Assembly (NCBI RefSeq): GCF_988242995.1
Contig: NZ_OZ547043.1
Strand: one strand, 5' to 3'
DNA: 64,000 nt
The notes under the pieces were generated by a model. It searched no databases and was not told the origin of the DNA. It was given only the letters and a program-made list of their open reading frames with translations. Below, piece after piece: positions 10,761-22,363 of this stretch. The stretch's first letter is position 1, and each line of letters starts with the position of its first letter. A program made the translations under genes and the position numbers.

Positions 10761-11468
10761 GCCTGACCTTTTTTGTTTTTTGCCCGGTCGGGTCAACGTT
10801 ATGAGGTGGGGATGCCGTACTAATTAACATCAGTGTAACAGTGCGGATCCTCCATAAAATGCCCCTCGTGACCTACAATCTGTCAACAGAATGTGAAAAC
10901 GTCAATACAGCCAACCGGGATTTACACCAACGGTGAGAATCCACAAACAAAGATTAAAAAAACTTCAAACAGCTATTTGCAGCAGAGAAATTTGTGCTAC
11001 TCCAACATGACCAGAACAATCAGCTTAATATTTAGCAACAATTGGTGATTAAGTTTTATGCATTTAGTGAAAAAAATCTGAGGAAAAGGTGGATATCTGA
11101 GCGATTAATACCATGAACGCTAAAACGCACAGGGGAAAATGCCAGCGCCAGCCATAAGTAACGCAAAAAAAGATTTAAGCAAATATAAAAAAAGACAATG
11201 GTTTCTGTCACAAATCCGTTAATGGATAGTGAGATATGGGGCGCAAATTTGGCAGGGAAATATGTGGTGTGTTGCCGTTTAGATCGGATAAGACGGATAC
11301 GCTGTATCCCACAATGAGTGCGGTGCCGAATTTGGTCGGTGCCAGAGGATTACTCGCCACTTCGTGGCTCGCCCTGCGGGCCGTTGCTGGCGCAACGTTC
11401 TCTCGCTTCGCTCGAGTCGAACCTCCCTGCCCCCGGAGGTTCTCATCCTCTTCAGGCCGCAGAAAGCA

Positions 11469-11497
11469 AAAAAACCAGCCCGTAGGCTGGTTTTTCT
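11469..11497 (-). terminator. Rho-independent terminator downstream of tRNA-Pro
   Basis: Hairpin CCAGCCCGTAGGCTGG flanked by A-run and T-run (aaaaaccagcccgtaggctggtttttc); may act bidirectionally. Confidence 0.7.
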
Positions 11498-11501
11498 AAA
11501 T

Positions 11502-11578
<77 letters not shown>

Positions 11579-11669
11579 AATGCGGGGCGCATCTTACTGC
11601 GCAGATACGCCCTCGTCAATCCCTTAATAGCAAAATGCCTTTTGATCGGCGAGAAAGTCAGCAGGCCTC

Positions 11670-13361
11670 TTAGTTAGCCGCTGCCTCTTTTGCCTGCGGG
11701 ATGTGACACCAGTTGTTGTTTTCGTTAATTCCACCATCAGGTGAAGTATAGCCAAGACACCCCATGATGGTGTCGTACAGCTCTACGTGACGGCGTGACA
11801 CTTTCATGTCGGCTTCTTTTTTCAGCTGCGCAAATGCCTGCGCATTGGCCGGATTTTCCAGATATTTATCCGACATCCAGACCATCATCGGCACACGGAA
11901 CTGTTCCGGCGGTGCCAGTTCACGCGGCGTGCCGTGCAGGTGCTCGCGTTCATTAATTGACTCACCGTGGTCAGCTGCGTAGAACACAATCGCTTTCTTA
12001 TCGCGAACCTGATCAATCACGCTGGAGATAAAGTGATCCACATAGGTCACCGAGTTGTCATAGGAGTTGATCATCTGCGCTTTGGTACAGCCGCTATCAA
12101 CACCAATACATTCCGGCTTCCACTGCGCAAAGCTGCGCGGGTAACGCTGGGTGTAGTTAAAGTGTGAGCCTTTGGTATGCAGAATGATCAGATGCTTACC
12201 ATCCGGGTTGCGCCCCAGCGATTGCTGCATTTCGTCTACCAGCAACATATCATCTACCGGCTTGCCACGGTTACGTGGCTCCGCACCAATCTGCTCACGA
12301 TAAGCAATGTTGTCCGCCATCGTATTGCTGTAGAACCACATTTCGCTTTGCATAGCGTAGAGATCAGAACTGAATCCTAACTGCTTCAATACCGCGAAAA
12401 TGTTCTGTTCTTTTAATGTGCGCTGCGGATTATCTTCTGCTCCACCCTGACGTACAAACATGCAACGCAGTGAGAGTTTGGTTGCGGTATCACAGGAGTA
12501 ACCACGGAACGCCGCCAGATTTTTCTCCTGGGCCAGCTTCGGCGTGGTATTACGCTCATAGCCAAAAATGCCCATATGGTCCCAACGCGTGGTTTCACCG
12601 ATGATAAACACGACATAAGTGTCATCAACGTTTTGCGGTGCCTGATAAGTGAATTTCTTCGCCGGATTAAGCAATGAATTATTATCGGAAGATTCATCGA
12701 CCCGCGCCCAGGCATACAGCCCCAACGCAGAAAGCCAGTTTGATGGCAGATAAGAGTTCGCTACGACACCGCCATAACTCGGCAAATCAACGCCGGTCGC
12801 CCTCTCCACTTTCTTCTGCTGGATATCCAGCAAACGAATCGGTGCCCAAACCATAATACCCGCCAGTACGACGACCGCCAGGCTGCGAATACGCTGCCCT
12901 GGGGTTCGCAGTTGTCGGAGCAAGGTGTAGCGACAGCGGTTATTCCAGATAAGGATAAGAGGCAATGCACTAACGGCGATTAACCAGAGAATAAAGTTCA
13001 GACCAACAACTTCTTTTGACAGGTCGATATCGGTGGTCATGACGGAAGCGATGATGCCATAACCAATGACCACATTAAGGAAGGTCATGTAATAGCTGGC
13101 ACCGGCGGAAAAGAGCACCACCAGCGATGCCAGAATACGCCAACTGCGGCGGCCAAACAGCGAAAGAAGACGTAGTAAAAAGAAGGTCACCAGTACGGTG
13201 GCAGCCAGTTCAACAACAGCAGAAATGCCTTTCCAGACGGTAAAATCGTGCGCATAGCTGCCGAAGCGGCGGTAAAAAACCGCGCCATTCATAAAAAGGC
13301 CAATATAGATTGCAAGCAAAAAGCTCAGCTTCTGCTGTGTAATCGATTTGATGTATCTCAT
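11670..13361 (-). CDS. eptB: Kdo2-lipid A phosphoethanolamine transferase EptB (563 aa)
   Basis: N-terminal TM domain plus sulfatase-like domain; start trimmed from 13394 to ATG (plus-strand cat 13359-13361; [10 protein letters not shown]...). Confidence 0.9.
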   Translation of the reverse strand: MRYIKSITQQKLSFLLAIYIGLFMNGAVFYRRFGSYAHDFTVWKGISAVVELAATVLVTFFLLRLLSLFGRRSWRILASLVVLFSAGASYYMTFLNVVIGYGIIASVMTTDIDLSKEVVGLNFILWLIAVSALPLILIWNNRCRYTLLRQLRTPGQRIRSLAVVVLAGIMVWAPIRLLDIQQKKVERATGVDLPSYGGVVANSYLPSNWLSALGLYAWARVDESSDNNSLLNPAKKFTYQAPQNVDDTYVVFIIGETTRWDHMGIFGYERNTTPKLAQEKNLAAFRGYSCDTATKLSLRCMFVRQGGAEDNPQRTLKEQNIFAVLKQLGFSSDLYAMQSEMWFYSNTMADNIAYREQIGAEPRNRGKPVDDMLLVDEMQQSLGRNPDGKHLIILHTKGSHFNYTQRYPRSFAQWKPECIGVDSGCTKAQMINSYDNSVTYVDHFISSVIDQVRDKKAIVFYAADHGESINEREHLHGTPRELAPPEQFRVPMMVWMSDKYLENPANAQAFAQLKKEADMKVSRRHVELYDTIMGCLGYTSPDGGINENNNWCHIPQAKEAAAN

Positions 13362-13577
13362 GCAAACAAACCCTGGACAAACAGGTGATAACACCCTGCT
13401 TAACGGCTTTTCAGGCCCGGCAGGGGAAAAGTGCGGAGGTAGTCAGATAAGTAAAATCTACACGCGCGAATAAGTAGACCACAGCAAAGGGAAAAAGTGT
13501 GGGGAAAGAGTGTGCACGAAGCACAAATTTACAAAAATGCAAGTTTGAAAAGAGACTTTAGCGTTACAAAAAGCAGT

Positions 13578-13606
13578 AAAAAGGGCCAGTTAACTGGCCC
13601 AAATTT
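13578..13606 (-). terminator. Rho-independent terminator downstream of yhjX
   Basis: Hairpin GGGCCAGTTAACTGGCCC followed by T-run on minus strand. Confidence 0.65.
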
Positions 13607-13684
13607 TACGCGTCATTGTTTATACATTGCGTTGAAGCGTTTGATTCACACTAAGGCTAAAGCCCAGTAGCTCGCGGCAGATGA

Positions 13685-14893
13685 TTAAAGGGAGCCATGC
13701 GCCTCACGCAACATTTTCTGCTCTGGCTGACGAATCGTCGTAGAGAGCGCCAGTGACAGAATCAGCAGGGCGAAAATCACGTAGAAGGTCACATAGAAGC
13801 CGCCAAACAGTGAGGCGATAATCGACCCACAAATGCTGCCGATACCGAAACCGAGATAAATCACACCGTAGTTTTTCGCCAGGTTATTGAGGCCGAAGAA
13901 CTCACTGACCAGTGACGGGAACACCGTGATAGTGCCGCCAAAGTTAAACGCCACGCAGGCAATCGCTGCAAAGAACGTCACTGCATTCAATGGTGCAAAC
14001 AGCAGGGCCGCCATACCCACCAGCGAAATCACCTGACCAATGGTGATAACACGGATTCGGGCGATTTTGTCAGACAGTATCCCCAGAACCAGACGGCCTG
14101 AAAGGTTGGCGATGGAAATAACAGTGACTGCATTGGCTGCGGAAACCACATCAAGGTGTGCCAGACTTTGGGCGATATCTTTCGCTACCCCAATCACGTA
14201 CAGGCCGCTCATGCAGGCAGTCAGGAACATTACCGCTAACATCCAGTACTGCGGTTTACGCATCGACTCTGCCAGCGTGTAATCTTTCTCCACGACACCA
14301 TTGCTGGTTTTCACTTCCTGTTTTGGTGCGTCTTTCATTAACGTTGCGCCGAAAACAATCATCACCAGCGCAATCGCTCCCCAAATCACAAAAGTTTTTT
14401 CCAGACCCACCGTTTCCAGCAGCTGCGTGTCGATAAATTTGAACCCCAGGCTACCCAGACCATAAGAACCGATAGCGAACGCGGAGATCAGACCTTTACG
14501 CTCCGGGAACCACTTCACGCAGTTAGAGAGCGTCAGCAGGTAACCCGCGCCATCCGCCAGACCGACCAGCACACCGGCGCTTAACCACAGCATCATCAGG
14601 TTGTCAGAATGCGCTGTCAGGAAGAAGCCTAATCCCAGCAAAATGCCGGAAGCCATAGTGACGCGTTTAACGCCAAAACGTTCCTGTAATTTCCCCGCAA
14701 CAGAAGATGAAATTGCCAGCCCCAGACTTAACAAGCCGAAAGAGAAAGCGACCTGGCTTACCGGCGCATCCAGCTTGGCAGAAAGCGCGCCGTTAAACAG
14801 GCTCCAGGTATAAACCGACCCAAGGGCAAACTGGGTAATGATAGTACCGATGAGTGTCAACCAGCGGGTACGCTGATAATTTGAAGGTGTCAT
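13685..14893 (-). CDS. yhjX: MFS transporter YhjX (oxalate/formate antiporter-like), 402 aa
   Basis: 12-TM MFS ORF; start trimmed from 14938 to ATG (plus-strand cat 14891-14893; MTPSNYQRTRW...). Confidence 0.88.
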   Translation of the reverse strand: MTPSNYQRTRWLTLIGTIITQFALGSVYTWSLFNGALSAKLDAPVSQVAFSFGLLSLGLAISSSVAGKLQERFGVKRVTMASGILLGLGFFLTAHSDNLMMLWLSAGVLVGLADGAGYLLTLSNCVKWFPERKGLISAFAIGSYGLGSLGFKFIDTQLLETVGLEKTFVIWGAIALVMIVFGATLMKDAPKQEVKTSNGVVEKDYTLAESMRKPQYWMLAVMFLTACMSGLYVIGVAKDIAQSLAHLDVVSAANAVTVISIANLSGRLVLGILSDKIARIRVITIGQVISLVGMAALLFAPLNAVTFFAAIACVAFNFGGTITVFPSLVSEFFGLNNLAKNYGVIYLGFGIGSICGSIIASLFGGFYVTFYVIFALLILSLALSTTIRQPEQKMLREAHGSL

Positions 14894-15121
14894 GGCAGTA
14901 TTCCTGCAGTAATAAAAAGGAAAAATCTCTGCTGACAACCATAACGAAGTGCACTTTATGCCTGGGGAAAAACGGCATGAAATGCCATCAGAACGGAATG
15001 AAATGCATTAGTTCAGGAATGAATGACTCGACAATTATTCACCAAATTTATTATTTAGTAAGTTAGCACCCACTATCGCCACAACTGTTGTTATTCAATG
15101 GTTTCAATTGTATCTATAACG

Positions 15122-15820
15122 TTAAAATCTGGCGCTAACCCCCATCGTATACAGATAGTCGCTATTGTTAGTGGTATTTTCTGCCTGAGATAGCGCAGCA
15201 TAGGCAGCAATATTTTGATTGAGCAACATATCAGCGCCTACGGTGACATCCAGCCAGTTGCCGTTCTGGTTTGTCGCCGTCATCCGGCTCAGGCCTGATT
15301 GCGCCTTCCAGATATTCTCGCCAAATTGCTGGTTATAGCTGATTTGCGCCCAGGGTCGGAGATCGCCAAGCCGGGAGTCAACACGCCAGCCTAAGGTACT
15401 CACGCTGGCATGCCATAACGGATCGGCCAGCGTGGTAGTACTGTCGCCAAACTCGTTATACATCGAGGTGGTTGTGCCATCGTAATGTAATGCCGCGACC
15501 GGGCCGGTTGTAACCTGCTCATATAAAGGAAAATTCCAGCCCATACTCATACTGCTGGTCACATCCACAGGAGTTTCTTCCGCCAGATTGACTTCCAGTC
15601 CCAGCGCCCTTTGGCTACTTTGAATACGTTGCGACAAAATATCGTTGTAATCAGGTTGATGGTCACTATCCCAGGTGTAACGCTCTGTGGAATGTCCGGG
15701 TTGCGTATCAACGATATATTCTTGTTGCCAGGCGTAAGCTGTGTTGAGAAAAAAGGCACTGATTACCACACTCGCCAGCAGGCTTAGCTGCCAGCGACCA
15801 CCGCTTTTTTTTATGATCAT
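15122..15820 (-). CDS. yhjY: Outer-membrane beta-barrel protein YhjY (autotransporter beta-domain-like, no passenger), 232 aa
   Basis: Signal peptide then beta-strand-rich sequence ending in aromatic C-terminal residue (...VSARF); ATG at plus-strand cat 15818-15820. Confidence 0.8.
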   Translation of the reverse strand: MIIKKSGGRWQLSLLASVVISAFFLNTAYAWQQEYIVDTQPGHSTERYTWDSDHQPDYNDILSQRIQSSQRALGLEVNLAEETPVDVTSSMSMGWNFPLYEQVTTGPVAALHYDGTTTSMYNEFGDSTTTLADPLWHASVSTLGWRVDSRLGDLRPWAQISYNQQFGENIWKAQSGLSRMTATNQNGNWLDVTVGADMLLNQNIAAYAALSQAENTTNNSDYLYTMGVSARF

Positions 15821-15977
15821 TAACACGACTCCAGGGAAGAGCCGAATTCGGCAATATTATTGTCATTGTATGAAGGATATCGGGCATAGTAGCCCTGTAT
15901 TAAATATTGACTTTTTCACCGATGCGTCAAGAAAAGCGGCTGAAATTTTTACGATCGGGTACATAGCGAGGGAAAGT

Positions 15978-16541
15978 ATGGAACGTTGCGGCTGGGTGAG
16001 TCAGGACCCGCTTTATATTGCCTACCATGATAATGAATGGGGCGTGCCTGAAACTGACAGTAAAAAACTGTTCGAAATGATCTGCCTTGAAGGGCAGCAG
16101 GCTGGGTTATCGTGGATCACCGTCCTCAAAAAACGCGAAAACTATCGCGCCAGCTTTCATCAGTTCGATCCGGTGAAGGTGGCTGCAATGCAGGAAGAGG
16201 ATGTCGAAAGACTGGTACAGGACGCCGGGATTATCCGCCATCGCGGGAAAATTCAGGCAATTATTGGTAATGCGCGGGCGTACCTGCAAATGGAACAGAA
16301 CGGCGAACCGTTTGCCGACTTTGTCTGGTCGTTTGTCAATCATCAACCACAGGTGACACAAGCCACAACGTTGAGCGAAATCCCTACATCTACGCCCGCC
16401 TCCGACGCTCTATCTAAAGCCCTGAAAAAGCGTGGTTTTAAGTTTGTTGGTACCACAATCTGTTACTCCTTTATGCAGGCATGTGGGCTGGTGAATGATC
16501 ATGTGGTTGGCTGCTGTTGCTATCCGGGAAATAAACCATGA
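15978..16541 (+). CDS. tag: DNA-3-methyladenine glycosylase I (Tag), 187 aa
   Basis: Start trimmed from 15741 to ATG at 15978 (MERCGWVSQDPLYIAYHDNEWGVP...); Cys-rich zinc-binding C-terminus. Confidence 0.92.
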   Translation: MERCGWVSQDPLYIAYHDNEWGVPETDSKKLFEMICLEGQQAGLSWITVLKKRENYRASFHQFDPVKVAAMQEEDVERLVQDAGIIRHRGKIQAIIGNARAYLQMEQNGEPFADFVWSFVNHQPQVTQATTLSEIPTSTPASDALSKALKKRGFKFVGTTICYSFMQACGLVNDHVVGCCCYPGNKP

Positions 16542-16978
16542 TTCGGGAAGCGCAACGTTCAGAACTCCCCGCGATCCTCGAACTGTGGCTGGAAAGTACA
16601 ACCTGGGGGCATCCCTTTATAAAAGCGAATTACTGGCGTGATTGCATTCCGCTGGTGCGGGATGCCTATCTTGCCAACGCGCAAAACTGGGTCTGGGAAG
16701 AAGACGGTAAGTTTCTCGGTTTTGTCAGCATTATGGAAGGCCGATTTCTGGCTGCAATGTTTGTCGCACCGAAGGCCGTCAGACGCGGTATTGGTAAGGC
16801 GCTGATGCAGTATGTGCAGCAGCGCCATCCCCATCTGATGCTGGAGGTTTATCAAAAAAATCAACCGGCGATAGATTTCTACCATGCGCAGGGTTTTCAC
16901 ATTGTCGACTGCGCATGGCAGGATGAAACCCAACTACCCACCTGGATTATGAGCTGGCCGGTGGTTCAAACGCTGTAA
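16538..16978 (+). CDS. yiaC: GNAT-family N-acetyltransferase YiaC
   Basis: 146-aa ORF with acetyl-CoA-binding motif (RRGIGKALM); ATG overlaps tag stop; 3' end overlaps bisC 3' end. Confidence 0.88.
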   Translation: MIREAQRSELPAILELWLESTTWGHPFIKANYWRDCIPLVRDAYLANAQNWVWEEDGKFLGFVSIMEGRFLAAMFVAPKAVRRGIGKALMQYVQQRHPHLMLEVYQKNQPAIDFYHAQGFHIVDCAWQDETQLPTWIMSWPVVQTL

Positions 16979-19280
16979 GTGTCAGTTCCGGACCGTTGTA
17001 TTTTTCCAGCCATGCCAGCGCCGTATTACCCGCACAGCCATTCCCCAGCCGCGAGCTGGGGAGATCTTTGGTCAGAACGTTCACCGCGCCGTTTTTACAA
17101 ATACCGTCAGCGGTTAAATCCAGATCCGGCCAAGCCCCTTCATGAATACAAATCACGCCAGGTTTAATTCCCTCGCTAATGACCGCTCCGGCAAGAATTT
17201 GCCCGCGTGCGTTCCACAACCGAACAATATCGCCATCTTGTATGCCGCGCGCCTGGGCATCGTCAGGATGAATGGTGACAGGCTCACGATTTGCCACCGC
17301 GTACAATTCGCGCAGAGAACTGTAATTCAGCTGGCTGTGCAGACGATGTGCCGGATGAGCAGAAAGTACCTGCAACTGTTCCGGTTCGGCATTGCCCTGC
17401 CATTCGTCCGGCTCCAGCCACATTGGATGCCCAGGGCAATCCGGATAAGCGTAATCGGCAATACGCTGCGAGAAGATTTCAATCTTGCCGCTGGCGGTTT
17501 TTAATGGATGCGCCTGCGGATCGCGGCGAAAATCGGCGAAGCGAATAAACCGCTCGCTGTCCGGGTTTTCCGGCATCTCAATTAACTGGTTGGCTTGCCA
17601 GAACTCAGCAAATGGCGGCAATTCAACCTGCTGGCTTGCCCCGCGCTGCCGGGCAACGTTATAAAACGTTTCCAGCCATTGCAGCTCACTTTTTCCTTCC
17701 GTAAACCGCGCATAGCCGCCCTTCTCCCAACGTTCACTCAACTCGGCAAAGACATCAAAATCATTACGCGCTTCATAACGTGGCGGCACCACTTGTTTCA
17801 TCGGCACCAGATGCTGATTGCTGTAATCGCCGGTCATGGTGAGATCATTACGCTCAAACGAAGTGGTCGCAGGCAGAACGATATCCGCGTGTTTCGCCGC
17901 AGCCGTCCAGAAACATTCGGAGATAACCACCAGTTCCGGTTTTTGCCAGGCACGGATCAGGCGATTGGTATCCTGATGATGAGTAAAGTTGGCACCGCCC
18001 GCCCACCAGATAAAACGAATATCCGGGAAATGTCGGTTCATACCGTTGTGTTGATATGCGCCACCAGGGTTTTCCAGTGCTTCAACAATGCGGGCAACAG
18101 GGATTTTATCTACCGCATCGGTGCCGCCAGGCAAGCTGCCCTGCATGGAAGAGAGCACCGCAGAACGCCGCGTGGGGTTACCACCATTGGCAAAATGATA
18201 AGAAAGACCAAAACCGCCGCCGGGTGTGCCGATTTGCCCCAACATTGCCGCCAGCGTGACGATCATCCAATGTTTTTGCTCACCAAACTGTTGACGCTGC
18301 ATTCCCCAGCCAGCCATCAGCATGGTCGTGTTTTGGTGGAAAAGAGCCGCCAGCTCGCGGATTTTCTCTGCGTTAACCCCACAAATCCCTGCCGCCCATT
18401 CGGCGGTTTTGGCTATTCCGTCACTCTCGCCCAGCAAATAAGAGGCGAAGACGGCATAACCGGTGGTGCAACGCGCCAGAAACGCTTCGTCGTGCCAACC
18501 ATTTTCCACCAACGTATGGGCGATCCCCAGCATCAGCGCAACATCGGTGCCCATGTGCGGTGCCACCCACTCCATTTTATCGCCAAAGAAATCGACGGTT
18601 TCCGATCGCATTGGATCAATGCAGATCAGCTTTTTCCCGCTGTCACGCAGTGCGGAAAAGTAAGAAAGCCCCTGCTCATCGGATGCATTCCAAGCAATTT
18701 TCAGCGTATTGAGTGGATTAGCACTCCACAGCACCACAACATCGCTATGTTCCAGCACCAGCGGCCAACTGGTTTGCTGTTGATAAACTTCGCTGCCACC
18801 CACGACATACGGCATGATCGCCTGTGCCGCGCCGGTCGAATAATCCCCCAGATGCCCGGTATAACCGCCTGCCAGCGCCATATAGCGTTGTAATAATGTC
18901 GAGGCCTTATGCAGCACGCCGTTTGAACGCCAGCCGTAGGAACCAGCAAAAATCGATGCCGGACCATAAGCCTCACGAATGCGTTTATGTTGTTGGTGAA
19001 TAAGCTCCAGCGCCTCATCCCAACTCACACGAACAAATTCATCCTGCCCGCGAATGCCTTGCGGTTTTTCCGGTGACGCAAGAAAGCCTTTGCGCACCAT
19101 TGGAAATCGTACCCGCGTATTGCTGTGAACCTGGTCGCGAACCGCGCTCTGCAAGGAGTTTTCCATTCCTGTGACTAACGCGCCACGCGAGCTAAACACG
19201 GTTTCGCCGTCGGTTTCAACCAGCATCGGCCCCCAGTGGGCGGCAGTCAGAACGGAATATCGTGAGGATGAGTTGGCCAA
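16947..19280 (-). CDS. bisC: Biotin sulfoxide reductase BisC (molybdopterin oxidoreductase), 777 aa
   Basis: 777-aa DMSO-reductase-family ORF; first codon is TTG (plus-strand caa at 19278-19280) so a non-ATG start is implied. Confidence 0.9.
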   Translation of the reverse strand: MANSSSRYSVLTAAHWGPMLVETDGETVFSSRGALVTGMENSLQSAVRDQVHSNTRVRFPMVRKGFLASPEKPQGIRGQDEFVRVSWDEALELIHQQHKRIREAYGPASIFAGSYGWRSNGVLHKASTLLQRYMALAGGYTGHLGDYSTGAAQAIMPYVVGGSEVYQQQTSWPLVLEHSDVVVLWSANPLNTLKIAWNASDEQGLSYFSALRDSGKKLICIDPMRSETVDFFGDKMEWVAPHMGTDVALMLGIAHTLVENGWHDEAFLARCTTGYAVFASYLLGESDGIAKTAEWAAGICGVNAEKIRELAALFHQNTTMLMAGWGMQRQQFGEQKHWMIVTLAAMLGQIGTPGGGFGLSYHFANGGNPTRRSAVLSSMQGSLPGGTDAVDKIPVARIVEALENPGGAYQHNGMNRHFPDIRFIWWAGGANFTHHQDTNRLIRAWQKPELVVISECFWTAAAKHADIVLPATTSFERNDLTMTGDYSNQHLVPMKQVVPPRYEARNDFDVFAELSERWEKGGYARFTEGKSELQWLETFYNVARQRGASQQVELPPFAEFWQANQLIEMPENPDSERFIRFADFRRDPQAHPLKTASGKIEIFSQRIADYAYPDCPGHPMWLEPDEWQGNAEPEQLQVLSAHPAHRLHSQLNYSSLRELYAVANREPVTIHPDDAQARGIQDGDIVRLWNARGQILAGAVISEGIKPGVICIHEGAWPDLDLTADGICKNGAVNVLTKDLPSSRLGNGCAGNTALAWLEKYNGPELTLTAFEPPASS

Positions 19281-19432
19281 ACCGAAGACTCCTGAAAGGT
19301 TAGATGTATTGAGCAGTTAAATATTACTTACAAATTTCCGAGTATTCCCAGGAATAATCTTCATGTTCACGCGGCATAATCTCCCGCCACGGAACCCGTG
19401 GCAAAGAATAAAAAGGTTATTAAGGATTAACA

Positions 19433-20092
19433 ATGAAGAAACGTGTTTATCTTATTGCCGCAGTAGTGAGTGGCGCTCTGGCGGTATCTGGCTGCACAAC
19501 TAACCCTTACACCGGCGAACGCGAAGCAGGTAAATCTGCTATTGGCGCAGGTCTGGGCTCTCTCGTGGGCGCGGGTATTGGTGCGCTCTCTTCTTCGAAG
19601 AAAGATCGCGGTAAAGGCGCGCTGATTGGCGCAGCAGCAGGCGCAGCTCTGGGCGGCGGCGTGGGTTATTACATGGATGTGCAGGAAGCGAAGCTACGTG
19701 ACAAAATGCGCGGCACTGGTGTTAGCGTAACCCGCAGCGGGGATAACATTATCCTCAATATGCCGAACAATATGACCTTCGACAGCAGCAGCGCGACCCT
19801 GAAACCGGCAGGCGCTAACACCCTGACCGGCGTGGCAATGGTGCTGAAAGAGTATCCGAAAACGGCGGTTAACGTGATTGGTTATACCGACAGCACGGGT
19901 GGTCACGACCTGAACATGCGTCTCTCCCAGCAGCGTGCGGATTCCGTTGCCAGCGCGTTGATCACCCAGGGCGTGGACGCCAGCCGCATCCGTACTCAGG
20001 GCCTTGGCCCGGCTAACCCAATCGCCAGCAACAGCACCGCAGAAGGTAAGGCGCAAAACCGCCGTGTAGAAATTACCTTAAGCCCGCTGTAA
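19433..20092 (+). CDS. yiaD: OmpA-family lipoprotein YiaD
   Basis: Lipoprotein signal with lipobox LAVSGC, Gly-rich region, C-terminal OmpA peptidoglycan-binding domain (NRRVEI). Confidence 0.9.
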   Translation: MKKRVYLIAAVVSGALAVSGCTTNPYTGEREAGKSAIGAGLGSLVGAGIGALSSSKKDRGKGALIGAAAGAALGGGVGYYMDVQEAKLRDKMRGTGVSVTRSGDNIILNMPNNMTFDSSSATLKPAGANTLTGVAMVLKEYPKTAVNVIGYTDSTGGHDLNMRLSQQRADSVASALITQGVDASRIRTQGLGPANPIASNSTAEGKAQNRRVEITLSPL

Positions 20093-20195
20093 TCCCTTTC
20101 ATGCCAGGTGATGCAGAAATCACCTGGCATTCTTCAGTTTTCCTTCATCATATTTCAGGCTAAGGTGATCGCCTTATCAGTGAATGGAGAGAAGC

Positions 20196-21170
20196 ATGAA
20201 GCCGTCCGTTATCCTCTACAAAGCCTTACCTGATGATTTACTGCAACGCCTGCAAGAGCATTTCACCGTTCACCAGGTGGCAAACCTCAGCCCACAAACC
20301 GTCGAACAAAATGCAGCAATTTTTGCCGAAGCTGAAGGTTTACTGGGTTCAAACGAGAATGTTGATGCCGCATTGCTGGAAAAAATGCCGAAACTGCGTG
20401 CCACATCAACGATCTCTGTCGGCTATGACAATTTTGATGTCGATGCGCTTACCGCCCGAAAAATTCTGCTGATGCACACGCCAACCGTATTAACAGAAAC
20501 CGTCGCCGATACGCTGATGGCGCTGGTGTTGTCTACCGCTCGTCGGGTTGTGGAGGTAGCAGAACGGGTAAAAGCAGGCGAATGGACCGCGAGCATAGGC
20601 CCGGACTGGTACGGTACTGACGTTCACCATAAAACACTGGGCATTGTCGGGATGGGACGGATCGGTATGGCGCTGGCACAACGTGCGCACTTTGGTTTCA
20701 ACATGCCCATCCTCTATAACGCGCGCCGCCACCATAAAGAAGCAGAAGAACGCTTCAACGCCCGCTACTGCGATTTGGATACACTGTTACAAGAGTCAGA
20801 TTTCGTTTGCCTGATCCTGCCGTTAACTGATGAAACGCATCATCTGTTTGGCGCAGAACAATTCGCCAAAATGAAATCCTCCGCCATATTCATTAATGCC
20901 GGACGTGGCCCGGTGGTTGATGAAAATGCACTGATTGCTGCATTGCAGAAAGGGGAAATTCACGCTGCCGGGCTGGATGTCTTCGAACAAGAGCCACTGT
21001 CTGTAGATTCGCCGTTGCTCTCAATGGCCAACGTCGTCGCAGTACCGCATATTGGATCTGCCACTCATGAGACGCGTTATGGCATGGCCGCCTGTGCCGT
21101 GGATAATTTGATTGATGCGTTACAAGGAAAGGTTGAGAAGAACTGTGTGAATCCGCACGTCGCGGACTAA
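20196..21170 (+). CDS. ghrB: Glyoxylate/hydroxypyruvate reductase B (2-ketogluconate reductase), 324 aa
   Basis: D-2-hydroxyacid dehydrogenase ORF with NAD-binding GxGxxG (GIVGMGRIG); start trimmed to ATG at 20196 ([16 protein letters not shown]...). Confidence 0.92.
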   Translation: MKPSVILYKALPDDLLQRLQEHFTVHQVANLSPQTVEQNAAIFAEAEGLLGSNENVDAALLEKMPKLRATSTISVGYDNFDVDALTARKILLMHTPTVLTETVADTLMALVLSTARRVVEVAERVKAGEWTASIGPDWYGTDVHHKTLGIVGMGRIGMALAQRAHFGFNMPILYNARRHHKEAEERFNARYCDLDTLLQESDFVCLILPLTDETHHLFGAEQFAKMKSSAIFINAGRGPVVDENALIAALQKGEIHAAGLDVFEQEPLSVDSPLLSMANVVAVPHIGSATHETRYGMAACAVDNLIDALQGKVEKNCVNPHVAD

Positions 21171-21219
21171 GCCGCGACTGCGTGGAGTAAAGCCCGATAA
21201 TCGCTCGGGCTTTTACTCT

Positions 21220-21930
21220 TTATTGGGTTGCAGTAACTGCTGTAGTCCAGGCCTGATTAAACGCCTGATGCTGTGCCGGTAATGGCGCAATCAGTTTGTT
21301 ATATTCACTTGCCTGCTGTGACGTCGGGAACTGGATGCCATTTGCGACAAAGCTCACCTGAGTACCTTGCTGAGCAATGTAGTCTCCAACCATCACCAGT
21401 TGTTGCGTGAAAGTTTGTGCCGCCGGAATCAACGGTTGCAATGCATCAGCTGGCGTCGTTACCACTTTGGTGAATGCCTGATCAAAGACCGGTTTCAGGT
21501 CATCGCTCTGTTTTAGCGCAGAGTGCGCAGCATCGGCCTGCAACTTCGCATTTTGCAGCTGTTGCGCCAGTACGCCCAGAGAACCGTTCATTTCACGCAG
21601 TGGGCCGCTTTGCGTAACGTAATCCTGCGGTACGCGAATTGCGTTAACGCTGTCTACGACCGGGCGCAGACCGGAATCCATCGCCTGATTCACCTGCTGA
21701 GAATAACCATACAGAATCGCGTAATCAGAGACAAAAGGACCAAATTGTTTTTTCTGATCGGCAGTCAGGGTAGGTAGACGTTCACCGCTACGCATCACTG
21801 TATTCTGCAGGAAGTCGATAAACGCTTTACGCTGATCGCCTTCTTTATCAAAACACCCACTCAGGCTAACTACCATTAATAACGCCGCAAGAGGCGCAAA
21901 CCAGCGAGAGCAGGACTTTCCTGTCGCCAT
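21220..21930 (-). CDS. yiaF: Lipoprotein YiaF (DUF3053), 236 aa
   Basis: Start trimmed from 22050 to ATG (plus-strand cat 21928-21930); signal peptide with lipobox LSGC. Confidence 0.85.
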   Translation of the reverse strand: MATGKSCSRWFAPLAALLMVVSLSGCFDKEGDQRKAFIDFLQNTVMRSGERLPTLTADQKKQFGPFVSDYAILYGYSQQVNQAMDSGLRPVVDSVNAIRVPQDYVTQSGPLREMNGSLGVLAQQLQNAKLQADAAHSALKQSDDLKPVFDQAFTKVVTTPADALQPLIPAAQTFTQQLVMVGDYIAQQGTQVSFVANGIQFPTSQQASEYNKLIAPLPAQHQAFNQAWTTAVTATQ

Positions 21931-22363
21931 TTTCTTACTCCTTTCACCCAAAAAAAGCGCACAACGACACACGCGTGTCTGACGTGACAAGGATAGTCCA
22001 GGACAGGCTTGCAGGATACCCTTTCTACGTAATCTTCCTGGTAAAATCATGGAGAAAATGAAACAAGGTTAATTTGTTGTTTCATTGTTAAAAAATGATG
22101 GTGCCGTTGCTTTTTTTGTAGCCAGAGATTTACGCCTTCGCAGAACATTAGATTTTCGAAATCTTTACAAACCGGGAGTGGTAAGAGATATATCGGCATT
22201 TATCAGATCGTTAGGTGGCTATAAGTCACGCTAAATGACTGGCTGAATCGAATCATAGCCAGAGCATGCCCTGACTTCACCCCGCTGTGTCTGCTTTTCC
22301 CGACTATTCTTAATGAGCTTCGATGCAATTCACGATCCCGCAGTGTGATTTGAGGAGTTTTCA

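Noticed and set aside
15741-15977. 79-codon upstream extension of tag in the ORF track (start 15741)
   Set aside because: It overlaps the 5' end of convergent/divergent yhjY and has no resemblance to Tag; the start at 15978 was used.
17595-18893. 432-aa plus-strand ORF antisense to bisC
   Set aside because: Lies entirely inside the well-supported bisC gene on the opposite strand; long antisense ORFs are common in GC-rich coding sequence; no recognisable domain or start signal.
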